A DNA stretch of 64,000 nt, taken from assembly GCF_000143415.4 (NCBI RefSeq), contig NW_003314330.1:620001-684000 (forward strand). Reading direction: 5' to 3'. Of the stretch, positions 38,401 to 52,019 are shown one piece after another. The DNA is from Selaginella moellendorffii (Eukaryota; Plantae; Lycopodiophyta). A program made the translations under genes and the position numbers. Within the stretch, counting starts at the first letter, position 1; every line of letters begins with the position of its first letter. The notes below the pieces were generated by a model that was given only the letters and a program-made list of their open reading frames with translations, made no database searches and was not told the origin of the DNA.

Positions 38401-41077
38401 CAACTTGCAAACCTTCACAAGAAATACGATACCCAAGATAAGTTGTATCCTTAGACCCAAACACACACTTCGACTGCTTCAGCTTTAAACCAATGTCATA
38501 TAACCAATTTAACACTTTACAAACATCACGAATGTGCTCCTTCCACGTCCCCTCCGAGTGGATCAAGACATCATCAATGAAATCAGTAGTCACCTCCAGC
38601 ATATTGCAAAGAACTTCGTCCATCATCTGTTAGAAAGTTGCTGGAGCATTGTTCAAACCAAACGGCATCACCAAGAACTTGTATAAACCAAATGGTGTAC
38701 AAAAAGCAGTCTTAGGAATATTTTCTTCGGCCATCAGTACTTGCCAGTACCCAAAAGCAAGATCTAGCTTGGTGAACTAATGACTTCGCCCCAAATGATC
38801 CAAGAGATCAATAATGTGAGGAAGAGGGTACACATCTAGGATCGTCACTTTATTTAATGGATGATAGTCAATGCAGAAATAAATACTCCCATCAGGCTTC
38901 GTCACAAGATGAGATTCACATGCCTAAGGACTCTGCAACTTCCGAATAACACCCTTCTCCAACATCTCCTTGATGTTTGTATATAAAATTTTGATTTCCT
39001 TAGGTGACCGACAATAAATAGGAACCTTGATTGGACAAGCATCCCCGGTTGGATTCGGATGACATGTGGCAATCTTGGCCCCAAACGATAGGTCAAATTC
39101 AAAGAGATCAAAATACTCTTTCATGAGCCGGTCAACAGCTACAACACAAAGATTGTCGGAGGGATCGGAAAAGGGAAGAGCAAAACAAGATGGAAACACA
39201 TGAGGAAATAGTGGGGGAACAAAAGTAATGGAAGCAGAGGTAGAAGTAGAAGGACAAAGAGGTATGGAAGTGAGAGGAATAGATGAAACATAAGGAAGTA
39301 TAAAACAAGGGGGAGAAGCCTCAAAATCATATTTGGCATGATTGCGCTGCAACCAATCCATACCAAAAATAAGGTCAAAAGCTTGACTAGGCACCACTCG
39401 CAACCACTGCAACTCAAGCTCGAAATCGCCCACATGCACAACCAGGTCCACCTCATCCTGTGTGCATGCATGTGTACAGCCGTTGCCATAAAGAATGAAA
39501 ATTGGGTCTGCCGCACAACACAAGTGTAGACGACAACGTATGGCAACAGGTCGAGCAATAGAAGATAAACTCAAACTTGTATCAACCAACATGGAGAGAA
39601 TAATAGGAGACCTCTTGGTATAAAAACAAGCTTGGAATGTAAACATTAGATGAACTAGTGCCAAGTGAACCCCTTGATGATACTCCTAAAAGAAAAATAG
39701 AGGGGTCATTAACTTATTCACGCAAAGTCCCTCCATTACTCGTGTGACTCTTTGTTTCTTGGATGCACCTTGGTGTCCAAACCTTCCACTGCAGCAGCAC
39801 TAACGGGACGTTTCTGACGCTAAGGTCTTCACTCAGGAAATGGAGGTCGCCAATCCGGAAAACCTCGACAACGCCAATAACTATGATCAACTTCATCACA
39901 CGTCCAACAACGAATATCACAGCCATGACCATGTCCTCGCCCTTGTCCTTGGACTCAAGCAACAGCAGCATCAACTTGCATTGGAACAGGACCATCACTC
40001 ATAGGAAGTGGAGTAGAAGGACATGTAGCGAGAAGTGGAAAAGGTGACATCTCATAATGTTGTGCCAAGCGAAGAGCATCGTCAAGGGTGGTGGGAGCAA
40101 GTGCATGCACAAGTCTGACAAGATCTTGACGAAGTGCTAGCCACAACATTCCTAGCTTGATCCGCTCAGACATATTAGGCTCCACACAAAGCAAAAGACT
40201 TTAGAAACGAACGCCAAATTGCATCACCGACTTAGATGGCTCTTGGCGAAGATGATATAATTGTTGAAAAGCATCATCATAATCATCGGCATGTCCGAAG
40301 GCACATTTGAGGACGTCTGAAAGAACACTCCAATCCCCACGAGTGGCTGCGCTCAATCCATTGTACCATTGCAATACTGTCCTTTGGAGACACGTGGGAA
40401 ACTCATGCAAACGTCGAGTATCATCCTAAGAATGATATGTGGCAATCATCATAAAGTGATTGAACAAATGGTACACATCATCCCCAAGATTCCCGCGAAA
40501 GAACTCCGGCCAAACGCGCGGATTGGCACCAAGAGCAGGAGGAGTTGTACCATGTGCCATGAATGTTGCTATCAATTGAGTTTGGTTGTTCAATTGCAAG
40601 CACATAGCATCAAACAATTGGACTAACTGCTGCTCCAGAGTCAAAGGAGGAGATTGCTGATCTGCCATAAAAATGAACGAAAAAGAAAGAGCAAAAGTAA
40701 AGAAATGACAAAAAGCTAGAAGGAAATGATAGATCTAGACAATGCAAAAAACTAGATCTAAACCAAAATCCTGAAAAAGAAGAACAAAAGAAAGGAAATA
40801 GATAAAGCTAGATCTAGACAATGTAAAAGCTAGATCTAAACTAAAATCCCAAATTCAAACACTTCGCAGGGACAATCAAAGATGCCCCTCAACTCCACCA
40901 ATGTGAGTGTTTGGAATATGGAAAGAGAATACAGAAAATGTGCATATCAATTAGCCCAAAAACCCTAGCTTATATATAGGAACAAGTGGTTCAGATTGAA
41001 ACCAATCTGATGGCTACCAAAATCCCATTACGCTAATATTAGTATATAGCATCGTAGCCATACACTTGGCCTTCACA
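35404..41077 (-). mobile_element. Full-length family-A Ty3/gypsy element A3 (LTRs 35404-35579 and 40902-41077), decayed ORFs
   Basis: Order gag, PR (LVDT), RT (FIDD), RH, INT (GPY). 4-bp TSD ATAC confirmed by the empty site upstream of P450 copies 1 and 3. PBS TTGGTGGAGTTGAGGGGC. Confidence 0.92.
36182..36855 (-). mobile_element. TRIM (terminal-repeat retrotransposon in miniature), 674 bp
   Basis: 162-bp LTRs 36182-36343 and 36694-36855, 5-bp TSD CCATC, Met-type PBS TGGTATAAGAG, PPT AAGGGGGGGTGAA, non-coding interior. Confidence 0.92.
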
Positions 41078-41439
41078 ATACTATAATTGTGAAATTAATT
41101 TATTTTTGGAAAAATTCCTACAATTGTGTCGAAATCAATAAATTTCTACATGTTCTTAGAAATCAAGAAGGAAATGTCTGAAATCTTTCATTGATTTGTC
41201 TTTATTCCTTGCATCCTATAAAGTGAAGATTGTTAATCAAAATTTACTTATATCGTAAGTAGTTTTAATAATGGATCTAAACACTTTTCCATTTAAGAAC
41301 TATTTTCCATTTAAATCCCATTTCATAATTTAAATACTTTCCCATGGATTTTGTTCATAGCCACCTTGAGAATTTAATATGTAAAGAAAATAGAAATTTA
41401 AAAGCAAGAGTTTTTAATGGCCTTTTGCAAATGAAATAC

Positions 41440-41443
<4 letters not shown>

Positions 41444-41480
<37 letters not shown>

Positions 41481-41500
41481 GTGTGTGTGTGTGTGTGTGT
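41444..41500. repeat. Compound (TA)n(TG)n microsatellite
   Basis: Read directly. The homologous site holds (CA)n at ~46969-46990 and no long repeat at ~3315. Confidence 0.9.
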
Positions 41501-42400
41501 GCTAAACATCTAGTTTTTAAAATAATTTTTACTTTTTGTAAATAATAATTTTAATATATAAATTAAAATAATAGTGAATTTAGTATTTAAATACAAGATC
41601 CACTTTTTATTTAATTAGATTATAAAAAGAATGAGTATAGAAAAGAGAAAAATAAAAAGTAAACTCAGTTACTTTTTTTGGTGATGCATATCATAAAGTG
41701 GAATTACATCTATGTATTAAAATTTTGATGCACAATATTATATTAATATTGATTCTCAGTTATTTATTACTTTCTGTTTTGTTGCTTATTTTGTTTTCAT
41801 GAAATTAAGGTCTAGAAAGTTAGTGAACTCCTCATTGTCATATACTATAAAAAGATCAAGTCACAATATTAAAAAAAGTTCTTGAAAATTTATATATAAA
41901 AACTAACCCAATTCTCAGGATAAATATTTTTCTAAATAAATTAGAAGTGAGTGATTTATTTTTTATTATGCCTATAATACTTAATAAGATTAGCTCATAA
42001 ATTATATTTTCATCTTTTGAAGATCAGTGTGTCGAAAAGAATAAGTTTATTAAAGACTGAGAGAGTTTAAAAACCATTGTCCTCAAAAACAATACGTTTT
42101 AGGTTTTTACAATGGAATGGGAGGAACGTCACCTACACAAGAGGACGCAATTGCTATTCATAAAAAATTCTCTCTCGAAGTTAAAGAAAATCTGTGTATG
42201 GCCTGAGAACAAAATGCTGCTATACTCGTTCTCCTCGCGAACTATACTATACCTTGCGAACTCCAAAATTGTCTAAACGGTAGATCGTCCACATGAATTC
42301 AAACGAGATCGAAGTTCCTCCACCTATATGGTGAAGCACACTTAGAAGGAGCAGTTCCAAATATACACGGACCTTGAGCTTGCCGTGAGAGTCATGCAAG

Positions 42401-42803
42401 CCAGTCGGGGTCAAACATAAACTCCTCCTCGCCAATTAAAGAGCGATCAACTTGCCACGCGTATCTGGCAGACCAAAAGGTTTTTTCGATAGAGGTGAAT
42501 TTCCAAACGAGTCATACCTTAGCTTCAATAGCTGGTCAGCAAGAGGAAGGACAGTGCAACTTTCTTAAAGAACGCCGAGTAATTCCTTTAAACAATCCAC
42601 CTTTTCAAAACCAGCTATTTATCAGAAAACGACTCACATAGCATTCACTTACTTTAGAGCTTAGCTTTATGTCAACAATATGTGACCTTATGCTAAGGGA
42701 CAGCTCCTGTAGATCGAGCTCAAAGTTTGAGAAAAACTCATCCAAAGGGATAGCTTGCTCGCACAATGTGTCCCACACACGTTTGTAGCACATTAGCTGC
42801 AAC
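42401..42803 (-). pseudogene. EXO5: Exonuclease V internal fragment
   Basis: [19 protein letters not shown] and following exons, homologous to 1204-1609, truncated at both ends. Confidence 0.85.
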
Positions 42804-42834
42804 CTGTAAACTTTGTAAAGCCACAAAGAATATG

Positions 42835-43645
42835 CATTTGCTCTGGCAGCTCTTCCGCTTTGTTTCCCTGGAAGGAAGAAAACAAAGAACAGTCATGACG
42901 AAGGAAGAAAACTTGTGAATGACTACTACCACTCACCTGGATTGTAAGGCCAATGTCTAAAACACACAGCTTCAGCCTCACTCGGAAAGATTCCACTGCC
43001 TTTTGTGCAATGAAGTTAAAGCGATGAACGTCCAAATCCACTTCGAGGTAGCCGGGACCATGGATCATGGAAGTCATCCATGACAACGATGCGATCTAGC
43101 TAAGAAAACGAAAGCGGACCTTGTGAAACGAGTGCTGTGGACGGGAAAGAACGGGCTTCTCATTTGAAGTCACGACCAGCTTCTTCTCTGGAGCACTGAG
43201 ATGTATCTCATCCGGATTCAAAAATCTGGCCACAATCTTTAGCCTCTCCCTGAACGAAACAATTGTCTCTCCAACAAGGCCTCTGATCTTCTCCTGTTCG
43301 TCGTCGAGTAATTTCTGGAACAAAACAATGAATTCTTCACAAGCGATTATAAAACAAGTGACTCACAGATAGCATGTCTTTTAGATACTGAGGGCCGTTC
43401 CTCTTGAACTCTTCCGACATTCTGTAATAGAAAACCAAGTTCAAACCTTCGCCATTGTTTTCAGCTGGAAACATTGAGGCAGAGTACGTAGGGACCTAAA
43501 GTAAAAGTCATCAAACCCATAAAAAACGAAGATAGATACAAACCTGAATGTTGAAAATAAACAAAGAGGGGAACTTGTCGTCTGGATTTCCGTCTACAAT
43601 ATGCGATAGATCCACAAACCGAGCGACATGATCGATTTTCTTTCC
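42835..43645 (-). pseudogene. DUF1336/EDR2-C gene fragment
   Basis: Exons KIDHVARFVDL..FIFNIQ / VPTYSASMF..GEGLNLVFYY / RERLKIVAR..NEKPVLSRPQHSF / [21 protein letters not shown] / [11 protein letters not shown], then fused to an EXO5 intron. Confidence 0.8.
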
Positions 43646-43985
43646 CAATCTTCACTTTTACAGAATACATGGCGTAAGGAGTTCAGACAATCTAAAATAC
43701 ATCAGTGGAAACATTCCAGATGTTTCATTCTCAATTTCCCAGAACTAGAAGACATTTATTGATTCTGGTCCACAAATGATCAACGTGAGCTGTACCTTAA
43801 GCTCATCTAATCCACTTGGTGTTCTTCCAAGAACTAATCATGTTGTCTTCACAAGCTGGGCGTGTGACGTAGCTTTAATTGTCCAACCCTACCCTCTACC
43901 TTTATGGAGCATCAAAGTTTTGCGAAATATTTCGGGATAACCTAATTTTCAAATACGAATATTTTAAAGGTATCCGTAAAGTTGT

Positions 43986-45558
43986 TCATTTTCTCACAGT
44001 GGCGCAGACAATCCGGTGCTTGGCGGGCATGGTCGCCAGCCCCGTCTTCTCCTCCATGTCAATCTCCTGCCCATCCGGCATCCTCCACTCGAATCGATGC
44101 AGAAGATAGGCCAGCGTGAGCGACACGTGGGGAATCGCCAGCGGTATTCCCACGCAGCGGCGCCGCCCGGATCCGAAAGGTATGAGATCGAAGTGGCTCC
44201 CCAGGACGTTGTGATCGCTGCCCAGGAATCGCTCTGGACAGAAGCTCTCGGGATCGCTCCAGTTCGCCGGGTCGTGATGGATCCCCCAGATATTGACGAG
44301 CAGCGTGGTGTTGGCCGGGATTGTGTAGCCGGCGAGCTGGGCGGTCGCGGGATTGCTGTGTGGGAGGCCAGTGGTGGCCAGTGGATGCAAGCGCAGAACT
44401 TCCTTGACGATGGCTTGGATGTAAGGGAGATCTTTGAGGTCTGACTCTTCCAGGCAGCGGTTCCTTCCAACGATCCGGTCGAGCTCTTCGTGCGCTTTCT
44501 TCTGGACGCCGGGGCAGCGTATCATCTCGGCCATCGCCCACTCCACAGTGCCTTTGGAGGTGTTCGTCCCAGCTAAGAGAAGAGTCTATCATGGAATCGA
44601 GCACGAGTTCTTAGCGAGCAAGAAGAGATTTTTTTCTCCTTACCTGGAGGAGTGCGATGATCGCCATGTCGTCCAGCTTGTTCTCGCCACCCAGTGAGAG
44701 CATCACGTCCACAAAGTCCCTGGGAGGATTCTCCGCGACGAAGCTCTCCTTGTGCTGCTTGACGATCGCGTTTAGGAAGTTCTCCACAGCCGGTATGATC
44801 TGGTTCTTCAGCCTGTGCTCGCTCCTCTTGATCTTGTCGACCCATCGCAGCGCAGGGATGAAGTCTCCGATGTACAGCCGCTCCGACTCCGTGATGATCG
44901 TGTCCCACACAGCGCGATAAGCCTCGGCCTCTCGGGTGACAGGGGTGTCCGAGTTATAGAACTTCTGGCCGAAGAGAACCGACGTCATCAAGTTGGTGAA
45001 GAGCCCGTGGAGCAGCGCGGTGAGATCAAACGCCTCCCCGGCAGCCACCGACTTCTCGATGATCGAGGCAAACGCCGCAACCTCGCGCTTGCGGATCCCA
45101 GAGAAGTGGTTCACTCTCCCGGTGGCGAAGATCTCCGTGCCGCTCACTCGCCGCAGCATCTTCCAGCGCTCGCCGTGAGGAGCAAACACAAGATCATTGT
45201 AGTCGTGGCTTACGTTCTTGAAGAAGGTGTGGAACTGGGGCCTGCTCGCAAACTCGACATCGTGATCCTTGAGAACCTCCCTGGCCATCGCGGGGCTGCT
45301 GATAATTACGTGAGGACGGCTTCCCAGCTCCATATACATGATCGGTCCATACTTCTTGGCGAGACGATGGAGAGAGCGGTGCCTGGAGCGGCTGAGAGAG
45401 GGCAGTGATCCAACAAGAGGCCAGGAAAAGGGACCGGGTGGAAGATTGCTATGCGCCTTCTTCCTCGAGTAGAGATTGAGCAGCGCAAAGAATGCGATCG
45501 CCAAGCACAGACAAGTCGTCCAGTAGTACCAAACGCTGGAGTAGAGAAGAGAATCCAT
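43986..45558 (-). CDS. Cytochrome P450, CYP71 clan (copy 3, intact, 504 aa; exons 45558-44644 and 44585-43986)
   Basis: Same motifs and 58-nt intron as copy 1. I count 16 amino-acid differences from copy 1. Confidence 0.95.
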
Positions 45559-48500
45559 GGGATTCCTTTGAGAGATGAGAAGAAGATAAGAGAAAAGAGT
45601 GGAAGAGATGTGTCTTGAACTTATACTATAATTGTGAGATTAATTTATATTTGGAAAAATTCCTATGAATGGAAAGTCCGCAAGCATCAAGATCAATTGC
45701 ATGTTCTTAGAGATTGAGAAGGAAATGTCTAAGATGTTTTGATTTGTCTTTCTGTAAAGTGCAGATTGGTGGTTGAATTTCTTCACTTTGACATTTAGAA
45801 AACTGGGCAGAAATCACAGTGTCAACATCCATAGGACCATTCAAATGTTTTGTTTTAATTAAATACTCAGATTCTCCTTGTCCCTTGTCTGTGAAATTCT
45901 TTCATTTATTAACTTTAAATTTCTGTTAATAAAAATTTAAAACTCCATGGACAAGCTCACAAAATTTATAATTATATTAAATAATTACACCAATAAATAA
46001 TAATATTTTAAAGTATTCTTAGGATTTAATGTTTTACCATTAATAATATATAACACTACAACAGGATGTAAGCAATGAGACTAGTATTAAAATAGCTCAA
46101 TCTGTTTTAAGAAAATATATGCTTGTAATATCTATAATGTTAAAGATTATAAAGTTTTTATTTAAATTTAAATTTTTTATAAGTGGGTATTAACTTCATA
46201 TGTAAAAGTTGTAATGATAACTGTAACAATGTTCTATTCACTTCTATATATTTAACACTTAGTTGTGTGTATGTATGTGTGTGTGTATGTCTATATATAT
46301 AAATATATAAAATTAAATATGTACATAAAATAAATAAATAAATTTAATTGTAGTAAAAACTTTTATGCCATTTCACCAAATATCAGTTTAAAATGATAAA
46401 ACTTAAAACCAAACAAGAGTTTAAAATTTTAACCATCTTTGAATTCTAAGCACTTTTTATTTTGATATATAAGAAGGAATCTTCAATCCACTCTTTGTAA
46501 AGAACTTTGTTATAAAAAAACTTAAGCTTATCTCTTTTTATTTTCCTATAGAAATTTTTATTCTTCTTCTCCTCTAGGGTGGCTACCACAAATTTCACAA
46601 CTTTTAGTATTTATGATTATTGTCAATGTAAAAAATCCTTTATAGGGTAAATCTATAAGAAATATTAAAATTAAAATGTCTGCAAAACTTTTTAAAAGAT
46701 ACTATAGTTAAAATCCTCAGCACTGCTAAAGTGATAATTCTTAATCCTTATATAGTTTTTGCATCTTCATGTAGCATTTTAAATTTTCCATAATGATAGA
46801 TTTTATTTAAATATAGAGTGCTTATTGCATTTTTTTAAAGAATTATATATATCCTTAAAGTACCTCTATTTACTTTCCTATAAATTTTGTTTATAGCCAC
46901 CTCAACAATTTAATACATAGATAAAATAGAAATTTAGAAGCAAAAATTTTTAATAGCCTTTTGCAAATGACACACACACACACACACACAACTTTTTAGT
47001 GTTTTAAGAATAATTTTTAATTTTTTGATGTGAGGGCCAAGTGTACGGTTACAATGCAGTATACTAATATTAGCGTAGTGGGATTTTGGTAGCCGTCGGA
47101 TTGGTTTCAATCCGGACCACTTGCTCTTGTATATAAGTTAGGGTTTTTGGGCTAATTAATATGCACATTTCTGTATTCCCTTTCCATGCACTTACATTGA
47201 TGGAGTTGAGGGGCACTTTTGATTATCCCTGAAGAGTGCTAGCTTTTGTATTGTCTAGATCTAGCTTTTTCCATTTCCTTTTTTTTGTTCTTCCCTTTCA
47301 GGATTTAGATTTTGATCTAGCTTTTTGGATTGTCTAGATCTACCATTTCTTTCTAGCATTTTCCTTTTCTTTTGCTCTTTCTTTTTCGTTTATCTTCATG
47401 GCAGATAAGTAATCTCCTCCTTTGACTCTAGAGCAGTAGTTGGTCCAATTGCTTGATGCTATGTGCTTGCAATTGAACAACCAAACTCAATTGATGGCAG
47501 CATTCACGACACGTGGTCCAACTCCTCCTGCTCTTGGTGCCAATCCTTGTGTTTGGTCGAAGTTCTTTCGTGGGAATCCTGGGGATGATGTGTACCATTG
47601 GTTTGATCACTTCACGGTGATTGCCACATATCATTCTTGGGATAATGCTCAACATTTGGGTGAGTTTCCCACGTGTCTCTAAGGGACGGCATTGCAGTGG
47701 TACAATGGATTGAGCACGGCCACTCGTGGGGATTGGAGTGTTCTTCCGGACATCCTCAAACGTGCCTTCGGACATGCCGACAATTGTGATGATGCCTTCC
47801 AACAATTGCATCATCTTTGCCAAAGGCCATCTGAGTTGGTAATGCAATTTGGCATTCGTTTCCGAAGTCTTTTGCTTTGTGCGGAGCTTAATATGTCGGA
47901 GCGGATCAAGCTAGGAATGTTGTGGCCAGCACTTTGTCAAGATCTTGTCGGACTTGTGCATGCACTTACTCCTGCCACCCTTGACGATACTCTTCGCTTG
48001 GCACAAAGTTATAAGACATCGCCTCTTCCACTTCTCGCTGCACGTCCTTCAGCTCCACTTCTTCTAAGTGATGGTCTTGTTCCAATGGAGGTTGATGCTG
48101 CTGCTACTTGAGTCCAAGGACAAGGGCGAGGACATGGTCGTGGCTGTGATGTGCATTGCTAGGCGTGTGATGAAGTTGGTTATACTTATTGGCGTTGTTG
48201 ATGCTTTCCAGATTGGCGACCTCCATTTTCTGGGTGGAGACCTTGGCGTTAGCAATGTCCCGTTGGTGCTATTGCAGTGGAAGGTTTGGACACCGCGGTG
48301 CATTCGAGAAACGAGGATTCGCACGAGTAACGGAGGGACCTTGCACAAATAAGTTAGTGACCCCTCCATCTTTCTTTTGGGAGTATCATCAAGGGGTTCA
48401 CTCGGCACCGGTTCATCTAGTGTTCACTTTCCAAGCTCGTTTTTATAACAAAAGGTCTCCTATTATTCTCTCCGTGTTAGTTGATACAGGTTCAAGTTTA

Positions 48501-51500
48501 TCTTCTATTGCTCGACCTGTTGCCACACGTTGTCATCTACACTTGTGTTATGCAGCAGACCCAGTTTTTATTCTTTATGGCAATAGCCATACACATGCAT
48601 GTGCACGAGATGAGGTAGACTTGGTTGTGCATGTGGGCGATCTCAAGCTTGAGCTACAGTTGTTGTGGGTGGTGCCGAGTCAAACTTTTAACCTCATTCT
48701 TGGTATGGATTGGTTGCAGTGCAATCATGCCAAATGTGATTTTGAGGTTTCTCCCCCTTGTCTCATACTTCCTTATGTTTCATTCAATCCTCTCACTTCC
48801 GTACCTCTTCGTCCCTTTATTTCTACCTTTGTTTCCATTACTTTTGTTCCCCCACTATTTCCTCTTGTGTTTCCATCTTGTTCTGCTCTTCCCTTTTCCG
48901 ATCCCTCCGACGATCTTTGTGTTGCAGTTGTTGACTGACTCATGAAGGAGTATTCTGATCTCTTTGAATTTGACCTATCGTTTGGGGCCAAGATTGCCAC
49001 ACGTCATCCAATTCCAACCAGGGATGTTCGTCCAATCAAGGTTCCTGTTCGTCGTCGGTCACCCAAGGAGATCAAGATTTTACGTGCAAACGTCAAGGAG
49101 ATGTTGGAGAAGGGTGTTATTCGGAAGTCGCAGAGTCCTTGGGCATGTGAACCTCATCTTGTGACGAAGCCTGATGGGAGTATTCGTTTTTGCATCGACT
49201 ATCGTCCATTAAATGAAGTGACGATCCCGGATGTGTACCCTCTTCCTCACACTGCTGATCTCTTGGATTGTCTGGGGCGAAGTCGTTGGTTCACGAAGCT
49301 AGATCTTGCTTCTGGGTACTGGCAAGTACCAATGGCTGAAGAAGATATTCCTAAGACTGCTTTTCGTACACCGTTTGGTTTGTACGAGTTCTTGGTGATG
49401 CCTTTTGGTTTGAACAATGCTCCAGCAACTTTCCAGCGGATGATGGACTAGGTTCTTTGTGATATGCTAGAGGTGATTGCTGACTTCATTGATGATGTCT
49501 TGATTCACTCTGAGGGACATGGGAGGAGCACATTCGTTATGTGTGTAAAGTGTTGGATTGGCTACAGGACGTTGGTTTAAAGCTGAAGTAGTCGAAGTGC
49601 ATGTTTGGGTCTAAGGACACAACTTATCTTAGGTACCGTATTTCTCGTGAGGGTTTGCAAGTTGATCCTGACAAACTTGTAGCCATTCTAAAGTTCCCTA
49701 CTCTAAAGTGTGTGAATGATATGCAGTACTTCCTAGGCAAGGTGCAGTATCTCGGTCGTTTTGTGGATCATTTTTCTGATTGCATTGCACCATTGCAAGC
49801 GTTGCTGAAGTTATCAACGTCATTTTTCATCTGGTCTTCAGATTGTGAGCGGGTGTTTGTGGATCTTAAAGAGGTATTGACGACTCCTCCGGTTTTGGCA
49901 TATCTTGACTACACTTGACCTTTTATTTTGCGCGTGGATGCTTCTGATATTGGTTTTGAAGGTGTGTTAATGCAAGAAATCCCGAGTGTGTTTGGTCAGC
50001 ATCATCCCATTGCATATATAAGCCATACGTTACAACCAACAGAGGTGAACTACTCCACGATAGAGAAGGAGTGTTTAGCGGCAGTTTGGGGTTTTGAGAA
50101 ACTTCATGCATATCTACATGGTTCTCGGACGTTACTTGAAAGTGACCATGCTGCCGTTACTTCATTATTGAAGCGGAAGAGCCTGGTTGGTCGTACTGCT
50201 CGGTGGGCTTTGAAGCTTCAGATATATGATTTTGATGTTGTTCATCATCTAGGGAGTTCTATGGTTAATGCTGATGCCCTTTCTCGAGCTCCTCTTCCTT
50301 CTCCACTCTCTTCTCATGTTTCTGATGAGCCTATTGTTCCAGAATCTGTGGATTTTCTAAACGAGGATTCTGTGTCGTTGGCAGTTGTTGTACTTGACGT
50401 TTAGTGTCCACAAAGCACAGAGCAAGATCTACCTTCTCTTGATGAGGTTCACAAAGCTCAAAAGATTGAGCCATGGATTTGAAAGCTTCGAGATGCATTT
50501 GAGAATCTTGGATCATTTGCTGATGATTTCCCTTTCCGACATTTACATTCTCAATATCGCCTTAAAGATGGCCTTCTTTATTTTGTGAGGATGGATCCTG
50601 ATGATCATTTATGGCTGGTGGTGCCTTCTGTCTTTATTTTGCGGTTTCTCCATGCCTACCATGATTCTCCTGTTCTAGGTGGGTATATGGGACATCATCA
50701 TGTGACTGAGAAGCTGCGCAGGTCTTTCTATTAGCCGGAGATGCGACTGTAAGGAACCAACTCTCCAAGGTGTCGTAGGCTAAAGGATCCCCAAAAGCAT
50801 GACCAAAATGACAAAGAGTTCATCGGATGGGACCGAGTCAAAGATCGAGTCGAAGACTGACTTTGAGACCGAGTTCGAGATAGAGTCCAGGATCAAGTCC
50901 GAGGCCGAATCGGAGACCGAGTTCGAGACGAGTTCGAGACAGAGTCTGAGATCCAAATTGGGTCCGAGACCGAGTCCGAGGTCGAGTCCAAAGTCGAGTC
51001 CAAGATTGAGTCCGAGATCGAGTCCGAGATCGAGTCCGAGACCGAATCCGAAGTTGGGTCTGAGATCGAGTCCGAGACCGAATCCGAAGTCGGGTCTGAG
51101 ATCGAGTCCGAGACTGAGTCTGAAGTCGGGTCCGAGATCGAGTCCGAGTCCGAGTACTAATACAGGTCAAGGGGTGAAAGCCCAAAGCGTGCGTCTCCCG
51201 GGGGGGGGGGGGGGGGGGGGGGGCTGCAGGCGGTTCCAAAAGTATAGTAGGGATAGTGAGGTCTAGGAACCAGTCTTGAAGGAACTCTTCAGTGGTGCTT
51301 CCAAACTGACTTGAGGTTGAGACTGGGGCCGAGGTTGAGACTTGGGTGGGAGTGAGCAGGGACTTGGGTGGTGCCGAAGGGGCCACCCCAGGAAGTGCTC
51401 AAGAGCAGCTCCCACTCCCGAAAGGGAAACCGACTGTGGTGCTTCCGGCTCATGTGGAGTGGTGCCTCACTTGAGTACCATGTGGCTCATTGATCCTCGC

Positions 51501-52019
51501 CCTTCCTAGGGGATTGGGCCTTCCTTCGGGATGGAAGTGGGGGGGTAGAGGTACCCATATTGGGCCGTTATGCCACAGTGTTTCGCCCCGGTGTCCCGAA
51601 GCAAGTGTTGCACCCAAGACTTGGGATTTAGAGGGTCCTATGATCAAGTCTTGTGGTACCAAGGGGTGTTAAGAACCTGGAGGCTTGGTGTGCTTGGCTG
51701 CTTGTGCCTGCTGGGAGTGTAGCCAAACCTTAAGTCCAATCTAACCCGGGGAGGGGGATTAGAAGAGATTTGGGAATCTGTGGATGGATGGCTAATGCTC
51801 CGTTGCTCGTGTAGTGAGTAGCTGAAACCAAGTAGGACCAAGTAGGAGCTGGTACCATAGGCGGGAACTGTGGCGAGGGAACTTAGCAAAAACCGAGGCA
51901 ATGTTGGACAGATAGACGAGGTAAGCTAACAAATGGGAAAGGAAAAATTTGTGGCTTACAATTTGGTATCGGAGCCTTTTCCTTAGTTCTAGCGAAGGAT
52001 AGAGGCGGATTTCTGGGAG

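Noticed and set aside
48105-48115. TGA at the same gag position in A3 and A4 as a possible read-through signal
   Set aside because: A1 has CGA there, so CpG deamination is the simpler explanation.
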